A DNA stretch of 64,000 bases, from the IMG/VR virus record IMGVR_UViG_3300025704_000003; one strand, 5' to 3'. The position numbers and the translations under genes were made by a program. Below, piece after piece: positions 27,272 to 34,788 of this stretch (the stretch's first letter is position 1; each line of letters begins with the position of its first letter). The stretch is from a virus. Below the pieces are notes generated by a model. It was not told the origin of the DNA and did no database searches. It saw nothing but the letters and a program-made list of their open reading frames with translations.

Positions 27272-28398
27272 TTAATAGATTTAGTCAATACTTAGTTGAA
27301 GAAGAAAAGGTTGGTTATTTGGTGTTTGGCCGAATGAATCCTCCTACTATTGGACATGGTAAGTTATTAGACAAGCTCGCAGCGGTTGCTGGTCGAGCAC
27401 AATATCGTATCTATTTGTCACAATCTAATGATAAAAAAGACAATCCTCTTACTTATTCAGACAAAGTAAAGTTTGCTCGTAAGATGTTTACTAGGCATGC
27501 AAGATCTATTATTATCGATGCTAAGGTAACAACACCCTTTCATGCTTTGTCGGCTATGTATAATGCAGGATTTAAGAAAGTCATTTTAGTTGCCGGTTCA
27601 GATCGTGTACAAGAATATGATTTGCGCTTAAACAAATATAATGGTAAAAAGGGTGGTCATGGGTTCTATAACTTTGACGGTGGCGTTAAGGTTGTAAGTG
27701 CTGGGCAGAGAGATCCAGATGGTAAAGGTGCCGAAGGTGCATCTGGTACTAAGCAAAGAGGGTATGCTAAAGATAATGACTTTACAGGATTTGCCCAAGG
27801 TCTAACTAAAGCTATATCAAATCCTGATGCTCGTAAAATGTTTAATGCCGTTCGCAGCGGTATGGGTTTAAAAGAAGAATACGAATTTAAAAGACATGTT
27901 CAATTAGAATCTGTATCAGAAACTAGAGAAGCTTTTGTTAAAGGTGAACTCTTTGAGCTCGGTGAACATGTCATTATTAAAAGCACATCCGAAGTTGGTA
28001 AAATTACGGTCATTGGATCTAATTATGTAATTGTAGAAACCTCTGATAAGACTACAAGACAATGGCTGGATTCTGTTGAGAAGATTGTAGAAGAAGCAAA
28101 GTATGATTATGGAACTGATGCTTCAGTAAAGTATATGAAAAAGACTACACCTGGACAGAATGAGAGTACACCTCAAGATTCTGACATTAAGGATCGTGAA
28201 GGATCACAGCCTAAAGCGTATCATAAAGGCCTAAAGAAAGCTACAAAAGTTGCTAGAGACCGGCACTTTAAGAAACACGGGAAAAAAGCAGATAATGATG
28301 CTAGTGCTTATAAGCCAGCGCCTGGTGATGCAAAAGGAAAAACTAAAACATCTCAATGGACTAAAAAGTTTAAAAAGATGTACGGGGACAAAGAGTAA
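27268..28398 (+). CDS. cytidylyltransferase-like (HxGH) protein with a capsid-targeting-like N-terminus
   Basis: MINRFSQYLVEE; FGRMNPPTIGH, AGSDRV, SAGQRDPD. Confidence 0.8.
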   Translation: MINRFSQYLVEEEKVGYLVFGRMNPPTIGHGKLLDKLAAVAGRAQYRIYLSQSNDKKDNPLTYSDKVKFARKMFTRHARSIIIDAKVTTPFHALSAMYNAGFKKVILVAGSDRVQEYDLRLNKYNGKKGGHGFYNFDGGVKVVSAGQRDPDGKGAEGASGTKQRGYAKDNDFTGFAQGLTKAISNPDARKMFNAVRSGMGLKEEYEFKRHVQLESVSETREAFVKGELFELGEHVIIKSTSEVGKITVIGSNYVIVETSDKTTRQWLDSVEKIVEEAKYDYGTDASVKYMKKTTPGQNESTPQDSDIKDREGSQPKAYHKGLKKATKVARDRHFKKHGKKADNDASAYKPAPGDAKGKTKTSQWTKKFKKMYGDKE

Positions 28399-28748
28399 TG
28401 GAAAATTTAAAACTTCCAGTAGTATTAGTTGCAGCTATGATAGCTCAGATATCAGCTGGCGTGTGGTGGGTATCTCAGCAAGCTGCAACAATTTCTGATC
28501 TTGAAAGTACAGTAGCTGAAATGAGCTCAAAGATGGCTATTGAAGAGAATATAAATCTTCGTAGAGATGTTGAAGAGAATGCGGATGATCTCGAAGAGCT
28601 GTGGGAGGAAACCGTAATGCTATGGGAGATGGAAGCATCTTTTCAGCAAATACTACGGGATCAAATACAGCTCAAAGGAAGAATAGCTTTAATTGAAAAA
28701 GAACTTAAGTATGTAGACAGAGACCATATGGATATGATGGGCAAATGA
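28398..28748 (+). CDS. membrane-anchored coiled-coil protein
   Basis: N-terminal TM helix then heptads. Confidence 0.7.
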   Translation: MENLKLPVVLVAAMIAQISAGVWWVSQQAATISDLESTVAEMSSKMAIEENINLRRDVEENADDLEELWEETVMLWEMEASFQQILRDQIQLKGRIALIEKELKYVDRDHMDMMGK

Positions 28749-28918
28749 AAATAATTAAATTCAAAACATTTGCTGAAGATAAAGATACAGATAAAGCTGC
28801 AGATCTTGCAAAGATGAAAATCGATCGCGAGAAGAAAACTGACGCGGCGAAGCATGATCGTATGATGGATAGAGCAAGAATCCTAGATACAAAAAAGAAA
28901 AATAAGGCCACAAAATGA
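28745..28918 (+). CDS. small putative internal head protein (57 aa)
   Basis: MKIIKFKTFAE...; ATGA overlaps at both ends; not in the ORF track. Confidence 0.7.
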   Translation: MKIIKFKTFAEDKDTDKAADLAKMKIDREKKTDAAKHDRMMDRARILDTKKKNKATK

Positions 28919-29154
28919 TTAACTTTAAACACTATATTAGTGAAGATAAAGCAGGTACTTCGTTTGCAGATAAATCTAAAAAGTCTGGAATTTCTGTGGC
29001 TACGCTTCGTAAAGTATATAATCGCGGTGTTGCCGCATGGAAAACCGGTCATAGACCTGGCACCACGCCATCTCAGTGGGGACATGCAAGAGTCAATGCC
29101 TTTATTGTAAAAAAGAAAAAAGGTGGTCTCAACCACGATAAGGATCTAGCGTAA
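28915..29154 (+). CDS. DUF5824-like putative internal head protein
   Basis: MINFKHYISE; VYNRGVAAWKTGHRPG...QWGHARVN. Confidence 0.75.
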   Translation: MINFKHYISEDKAGTSFADKSKKSGISVATLRKVYNRGVAAWKTGHRPGTTPSQWGHARVNAFIVKKKKGGLNHDKDLA

Positions 29155-30344
29155 TGAAAAATTTTAAAGAGATCAGAGAAAACGTAAAGACCGCTGACAA
29201 AAAACCAGAGATCTATACAAAGCCTGATGGTAAAAAGGGCACACGTATGGTCCCGGTTGATAAAGAAGTTATCAAGCAAGAGAAAACTCTTGAATGGCTT
29301 AAGTCCGCATTGGCTAGAGAAGCTAAGGCTACTAAACCACGCCAAGATGATATGGAAGAGCAGGCCGAAGCTACTATGTATTGTAAAGATTGTGGTTGTG
29401 AAAAAGGTAATCCAGATCCTAACTGCACATGTCCAAATGATAATGCTCAGCTTAAAGCATCGCAATGTACGACTGAACAGTCTAAATGTAAGTCTCGTAA
29501 AGAAGATGTTAGCGAGCTAACAATTGCTGACGTTCAAAAGGCTACTGCGATGGCAAAGAAACGTCAAGAAAAAGAACGTAAAGCTGGAAAGAAAAGTGTA
29601 TCAACGGCTGATCTTGCAGCACGTATGCCTAAGAAAGAATCATTTGAGCCTCACATGATGTACGATCCTAAGACTGGAAAAGCTTATAAGGCCGAAAAGG
29701 AAGCCGATCATCTTCGCATGAAGAAGATGGGATATACTCATGACAAACCTACGAACGAAGCCCACGATCCTAAGCACGTCAAGCAGGCAGTCGGTATTGC
29801 ATCTGATCCCAGATACAAGGGCGGAAATATGACAGGCGCAACTAAGACGATTAATAAACTTTCAAAAGGTTTGTCAGATCATCCTCAAGTTAAAGCTGTA
29901 CTAAAACGTCAGAACGAGGGCCTTAAAACATTTGCCGAGATCTCAAAAGGTATGGCCGGCCGTTATATCAAAAAGGCGCAAGTAAGTACAGCAGATGCTG
30001 CAAAGAGTACTGAACGTGGATATGCTGACTCTCGCTCACCCGATCGTGATATTGCTAAAGCAGGAAGTAATCAAGCTAAAAGGGGTATTAAGACTTTTAT
30101 TAATCGCAATAAAGGTACGGCTACCGCTGTTGATAAACTGACTGGTAAAGCTAAAGTACCTGCAAAAGAAGAAACGGTTGATGAGATCTCCAATGCTAAG
30201 ATGGGTCAATACGTACGTAAAGCTGCTGACGATGCTGCAAGAAAAGGTTCAAAGGGTGATGTAGCCGGAGCTAGACAGAGAGTAAAAGGCGTGTCTAAAG
30301 CTATGGATAAAATGGACAAAAATAGACTGTATGGGAAACAATAA
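29154..30344 (+). CDS. modular K-rich putative internal head (poly)protein
   Basis: MKNFKEIRE; modules start after xxE sites; contains a Cys cluster. Confidence 0.7.
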   Translation: MKNFKEIRENVKTADKKPEIYTKPDGKKGTRMVPVDKEVIKQEKTLEWLKSALAREAKATKPRQDDMEEQAEATMYCKDCGCEKGNPDPNCTCPNDNAQLKASQCTTEQSKCKSRKEDVSELTIADVQKATAMAKKRQEKERKAGKKSVSTADLAARMPKKESFEPHMMYDPKTGKAYKAEKEADHLRMKKMGYTHDKPTNEAHDPKHVKQAVGIASDPRYKGGNMTGATKTINKLSKGLSDHPQVKAVLKRQNEGLKTFAEISKGMAGRYIKKAQVSTADAAKSTERGYADSRSPDRDIAKAGSNQAKRGIKTFINRNKGTATAVDKLTGKAKVPAKEETVDEISNAKMGQYVRKAADDAARKGSKGDVAGARQRVKGVSKAMDKMDKNRLYGKQ

Positions 30345-30785
30345 ATGAAAACCTTTTTTCAATTAAGTGAGTCTTTGCAAGAGGCAAAAGATAAACATAA
30401 TTTTACTTCTGCGCAACACAAGGCTGCAGCAGATTATCATCATAAAATGATGGGGGCTCACGAAAGTGCAGGCCACGAACATCGGATGGACGAAGATGAG
30501 CCGGTAAACCATCATACTAAAGCATATGATGCGCACTATGATGCACATAGTTTTCATAGAAATGCTGCAGCGCATAAAGCGGGAGATAAGGACCATGGGC
30601 CAGCCAATGTACAACATGCGCATAAGGCTTCCAAAAAAGCTAACAGAATATCTGCTAATCCAAAACGCACAGACGTTAAAGTATCAGATCATTACAACGG
30701 TGGCAAAAAATACGACATGACCAGCTATTTTCCAGCCAGAGGTAAACCAAAATCACATCCATATGGCGAAAAAATACCAGGTTAA
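30345..30785 (+). CDS. His-rich putative internal head protein
   Basis: MKTFFQLSESLQE; HxxAxxxH repeats. Confidence 0.7.
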   Translation: MKTFFQLSESLQEAKDKHNFTSAQHKAAADYHHKMMGAHESAGHEHRMDEDEPVNHHTKAYDAHYDAHSFHRNAAAHKAGDKDHGPANVQHAHKASKKANRISANPKRTDVKVSDHYNGGKKYDMTSYFPARGKPKSHPYGEKIPG

Positions 30786-30800
30786 TATTGGAAAATAAAA

Positions 30801-31127
30801 ATGGCCACCACGAGAGAACATCTTATGCAAATATGGGGATTAGAGCAGCACGCCGATACGCATGCTGCTTATTCAGAAGATTTAAAAAGTGAATGCGATA
30901 CTGCTGAAGATGAAGTAACAGAAAAAAAATCAGAGTCTTGGGAAGCAGGATATAAACGCAGAGTTGTGAAGACTACAAGTGCTGAACATAAGGCTGATGG
31001 TTACAATTGGAGAATCAAAGGGAAAGAACGTCCTGAGATTTCTATTAAATTATATAAGAGCAAGCCTGATCAGGCTGAGTTTAATAGGCAAATGAAACGA
31101 GTTGCGGGGCACGAGTTCGGTGGATAG
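30801..31127 (+). CDS. hypothetical protein
   Basis: ORF in the late cluster. Confidence 0.7.
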   Translation: MATTREHLMQIWGLEQHADTHAAYSEDLKSECDTAEDEVTEKKSESWEAGYKRRVVKTTSAEHKADGYNWRIKGKERPEISIKLYKSKPDQAEFNRQMKRVAGHEFGG

Positions 31128-31410
31128 GTTTAAAACATTCTTAGAAAAAGATTCTAAAGGTCATTTCCGTCCAACCGACAAAGGTGCCGGTATGACTCAA
31201 AAAGGAGTCGATGCTGAGAATAGAAGAACTGGTGGTAATTTAAAAACCGCTGTTACTACTAAGCCTAGTAAATTAAAAAAAGGATCTAAAGCAGCTAATA
31301 GACGGAAATCATATTGTGCTCGTAGTGCAGGACAAATGAAAAAGTTTCCAGCTGCCGCTAAAGATCCTGATAGCAGACTTCGTCAAGCAAGGCGTAGGTG
31401 GAATTGTTAA
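31120..31410 (+). CDS. DUF6321-like basic protein
   Basis: GTG start MDRFKTFLE; RRKSYCARS...SRLRQARRRWNC. Confidence 0.7.
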   Translation: MDRFKTFLEKDSKGHFRPTDKGAGMTQKGVDAENRRTGGNLKTAVTTKPSKLKKGSKAANRRKSYCARSAGQMKKFPAAAKDPDSRLRQARRRWNC

Positions 31411-31413
31411 ATT

Positions 31414-31722
31414 ATGAAACCTTCTCTAGAATTAACAACGGAATTAAATATGACTACTAATGCACGCCTAGATAGAATTGAGGAGAAGCTTGACGCTCTT
31501 ACCGAGGCAATGATTGCTTTGGCTCGAGCTGAAGAAAAAATTGCTGGTATTAAACAGGCACAAGATAGCGGGGTGGAACGTATGAACCACTTTAGCAAGA
31601 AGCTTGATAGTATAGAAGAACAAGTAAGAGATAATGCTCACACTGTTAGTATAATAAATAAATTATTCTGGGTAGCTGTAGTAGCTATCGCTGGATCAAT
31701 CGCAGCCCAAATGTGGATGTAA
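31414..31722 (+). CDS. coiled-coil protein with a C-terminal TM helix
   Basis: RLDRIEEKLD; hydrophobic C-terminus. Confidence 0.7.
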   Translation: MKPSLELTTELNMTTNARLDRIEEKLDALTEAMIALARAEEKIAGIKQAQDSGVERMNHFSKKLDSIEEQVRDNAHTVSIINKLFWVAVVAIAGSIAAQMWM

Positions 31723-31733
31723 AGGAAACTAAA

Positions 31734-32363
31734 ATGAAAACTCAAAACATTAAAGATATGGGCCTCGCGTTGCAACAGGTCCAGGAATCAGCAAAAGCTG
31801 CTTTAGCAAAGAAACTTGCTAAAGCATCAGCTTCATCTGAAAAGGGTAAAGCAGCAGTAACTCTGCCTAAAGCACCCTTTGATATTCCAAAGAAGGGTGC
31901 TAATGAAGCCCTCAAAGGTGATCAGCATAAGTTAGATCACGATAAAGATGGCGATATCGATGCAGCTGATTTTGCAAAGTTACGCAAAAAGAAAAAAGGC
32001 GAAAAGGCTGAAGTAAAACCGCGGCAAGAACCCGATGGTGAAAAAACTAAAGCAAACGATGCACCAATGGAAAAAACCGAATCTACTCGTTGGCCAATCT
32101 ATGCCCGCATTATGGAAAAGCAATCTCATACTGCAGGCGCTACAGCTCCTGAAGAAATGGATTCTAAGGATTCACCTTCTGCAAAGAAAATGAAAAAAGA
32201 TCATAAGCCTGAAGTAAATGATACTGAAGCTAAAGGCCACGTCGATGCAGCAGAAGCTGGCCGTAAAGGCCCTTCAGCAAAAGCTCGCCCTAATGATAAT
32301 ATGAAGGGCGATAAAAATATCGTTAATCCAGTAAAAGGAGCCGAAACTAATGGCAAAAATTAA
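31734..32363 (+). CDS. hypothetical protein with an EF-hand-like loop
   Basis: DHDKDGDIDAADF. Confidence 0.7.
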   Translation: MKTQNIKDMGLALQQVQESAKAALAKKLAKASASSEKGKAAVTLPKAPFDIPKKGANEALKGDQHKLDHDKDGDIDAADFAKLRKKKKGEKAEVKPRQEPDGEKTKANDAPMEKTESTRWPIYARIMEKQSHTAGATAPEEMDSKDSPSAKKMKKDHKPEVNDTEAKGHVDAAEAGRKGPSAKARPNDNMKGDKNIVNPVKGAETNGKN

Positions 32364-32703
32364 TCCACCCAGCTGGGCAAAGAACGCGGTTCCAACTCCA
32401 CAGGGTTGGCGAGACCCTCGGACGAACGAGCTGCTTAAGTCACAAAATTTTTCAGATGAACAGATTAACGATTACCTTGGCGTAACGAAAAAAAAATCTA
32501 AGTATAAAAAAGCTCCAGTTGCGGAAGCGGCTCCCGTCCCTAAACCTATTCAACTTAATGAAGCGCCAGCCAACAACAAAAGTTTAGATGATATGTCTAA
32601 GCTTGAGCTAGAAGCGTTAGGCCGGGAAAATGGCATTGAGCTTGATCGTAGAAAGGGTCAATCAGCTTTAGTAGAAGAATTAAAGGAAGTTATAAGTGAA
32701 TAA
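32350..32703 (+). CDS. hypothetical protein (C-terminal Rho-N/HeH-like motif)
   Basis: MSKLELEALGRENGIELDRRK. Confidence 0.65.
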   Translation: MAKINPPSWAKNAVPTPQGWRDPRTNELLKSQNFSDEQINDYLGVTKKKSKYKKAPVAEAAPVPKPIQLNEAPANNKSLDDMSKLELEALGRENGIELDRRKGQSALVEELKEVISE

Positions 32704-32732
32704 ATAGGTTTGAAACTTATTTAGGACATATA

Positions 32733-33098
32733 ATGGAATTTGATGAAGTAACCGAAAGCAATTTGCTTCTTTACGCCGCTAAGCATTATTATAATCCTCT
32801 GGGCGCAAGTTCAGAGGATTTTTATGAAGATTTAAAAAGAAGTAAATATGTAAAGAGATTGGTTAATCGCTATATCACTCACAATGAATTATCTGAACGA
32901 TTAATTTTAAACCATTTAATTATTATATTTAACATGTTTGGTATAGAAGCTGGTTTAAAAATATTAGAACTAAAATTAGACAATAGGCAATGGCCAGTCG
33001 TAAAACCGTTTTTAATATTTTTAAGATATATCGAGAATACAGAATATACAGAATATGGCATGGATAGTTATGTTGTTGAAGCATTAAGGAAAATATAA
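32733..33098 (+). CDS. conserved T4-like phage hypothetical protein
   Basis: YAAKHYYNP...EDLKR...ERLILNH; AATAAATA upstream. Confidence 0.8.
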   Translation: MEFDEVTESNLLLYAAKHYYNPLGASSEDFYEDLKRSKYVKRLVNRYITHNELSERLILNHLIIIFNMFGIEAGLKILELKLDNRQWPVVKPFLIFLRYIENTEYTEYGMDSYVVEALRKI

Positions 33099-33664
33099 TG
33101 GGTGTTATCAAAAGAGCAGCCGACCTAGTATACACATTTAGATTCCTCAAACTTCTTGTGACGTCGTTTGAAGATACCTCTGCATTTAAAATGGGTTTAA
33201 TCAATGATAAAGGTAAAAGAATAAAAAAGCCTTCTACTACAGAAGAAAAGAATGCTTATACGCCCTTTCATAGATTAGTTTTTAATATTAAAAAACTTAT
33301 TCCAGCAGGTAAACTAGGATCATATGCATCAGCTTTATATTTAATTAAAGAACACGGTCAACTAAGAGATGACTCTTTAGAAAAAATTGTAAAAGAACTT
33401 GGCTTAAGTACATTAGATTTTATGTTAGAAGATAATCAATGGTTTGTCTTAGAGGATAGGCAATTATCTCCTGGTGTTTATAGAATACGAAATGCTAAAA
33501 TGATTAACTCTACTTTTGAAGATATAGTTAAATCAAAAGATCAGGTTAGAATTAAAGAAGACGCGTATCCCATTGGTGATATATTCGGCATTGACATATA
33601 TGAAGGAATACACCTTAACACAAATCAAAAAATTTACGTATCATCAACGGAGCTAATTAAATGA
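33098..33664 (+). CDS. conserved T4-like phage hypothetical protein
   Basis: YTFRFLKLL...AYTPFHRLVFNIKK. Confidence 0.8.
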   Translation: MGVIKRAADLVYTFRFLKLLVTSFEDTSAFKMGLINDKGKRIKKPSTTEEKNAYTPFHRLVFNIKKLIPAGKLGSYASALYLIKEHGQLRDDSLEKIVKELGLSTLDFMLEDNQWFVLEDRQLSPGVYRIRNAKMINSTFEDIVKSKDQVRIKEDAYPIGDIFGIDIYEGIHLNTNQKIYVSSTELIK

Positions 33665-33969
33665 CAGATTGGGTTTGCGGCGTTTGTAATAACGAACCAT
33701 GTACATGCAAAAATATTTCTGAAGCTGGTCTATGGGCAAATATTTGGGCCAAACGTAGAGCTGGTAAAAAGATGCGTAAGAAGGGTGAAAAGGGTGCACC
33801 TACTCCTGATGCAATTAAAAAGGCACAAGAGGATATTGGAACTACAACTGGATCTGTTGTAGGCGCAGGAGATAATCCATCTGGAACAGTGGTTATAGAT
33901 AAGCGTAGACGTAAAGACAAATCGCCACGTGTTCTAAAACGGTTTAGAAAATATTTAGATCATGATTAG
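33661..33969 (+). CDS. hypothetical protein
   Basis: GLWANIWAKRRAGKKMRKKGEKGAP module. Confidence 0.7.
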   Translation: MTDWVCGVCNNEPCTCKNISEAGLWANIWAKRRAGKKMRKKGEKGAPTPDAIKKAQEDIGTTTGSVVGAGDNPSGTVVIDKRRRKDKSPRVLKRFRKYLDHD

Positions 33970-34387
33970 AATATATCTCTTTTGTTTTTTAGTCGCTACG
34001 TTTGGTGGAATTGGTTATACCGCATATTGGTATTATCAAAACTCAGAAGCTGAGAAAGCGCAATTAAGAGAAAATAATGTTTTGCTAAGGGGCGCAACCG
34101 CAACCTTAGAAAAAACGGTAACTGAATTGCAAGATGAAGCTGGCGAAAATGCTTTAATGATTGTTGAACTTCAGGAAGCATTGCAAAGGTCAGAAGCTGG
34201 ACTTGATAGGCTTAGAAAAAGATTTAGTCAAATTGATATAACAAGACAAGCTCTTGAAGATCCAGCGGATCTTGAGCGGAGGATTAATCGTGGCGTGGAC
34301 AGACTCATACAAAACATTTTATCTGATACCTCTCCTTCTACTACTAGCGAGCTGCGCGAAAGCGCCGGAGCAGATAGTAGTAACTGA
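33962..34387 (+). CDS. inner-membrane spanin (Rz/PseT.3-like)
   Basis: N-terminal TM plus periplasmic coiled coil; overlaps a lipoprotein gene. Confidence 0.75.
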   Translation: MIRIYLFCFLVATFGGIGYTAYWYYQNSEAEKAQLRENNVLLRGATATLEKTVTELQDEAGENALMIVELQEALQRSEAGLDRLRKRFSQIDITRQALEDPADLERRINRGVDRLIQNILSDTSPSTTSELRESAGADSSN

Positions 34388-34667
34388 GACAGAATTTATT
34401 TATCCAAATATTCCAGCACAGGCAGCACCGAAACCGGTTGATATGCCTGATGTTGAATGGTTTGTTGTGAATGAAGATAACTTAGAAGAAGCTATTGAAC
34501 GAATTAAAGAAGCCGGTGGTGTTGCCGCCTTCATGGCTATTACGCCAAAAGGCTATGAGAACCTATCATTAGGCATAGCTGACTTACGCAGATATATACT
34601 TCAACAAAAAGAAATTATCGCGTATTACGAAACACAAATCCAAGAAAAAACAAATAAAAATAAATAA
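34290..34667 (+). CDS. outer-membrane spanin lipoprotein (Rz1/PseT.2-like)
   Basis: GGAGG SD, GTG start, lipobox LLASC, Pro-rich segment. Confidence 0.75.
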   Translation: MAWTDSYKTFYLIPLLLLLASCAKAPEQIVVTETEFIYPNIPAQAAPKPVDMPDVEWFVVNEDNLEEAIERIKEAGGVAAFMAITPKGYENLSLGIADLRRYILQQKEIIAYYETQIQEKTNKNK

Positions 34668-34673
34668 ATATTT

Positions 34674-34719
34674 TTACAATATATTGCTATATTTAGTACA
34701 GATATAGCATATATTGCTA
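34674..34719. promoter_or_regulatory. putative NrdR boxes
   Basis: CAATATATTG (34677), CTATATTTAG (34687) and GCATATATTG (34707) just upstream of the RNR promoter. Confidence 0.55.
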
Positions 34720-34748
34720 TTTACAAAGACGTGGTTTTGATATATAAT
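34720..34748 (+). promoter_or_regulatory. sigma70-type promoter (TTTACA-N17-TATAAT)
   Basis: Consensus match upstream of the RNR gene. Confidence 0.75.
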
Positions 34749-34788
34749 ACCACAATAAGAGAAAATCATTTACATAAAGGAAATTGCA

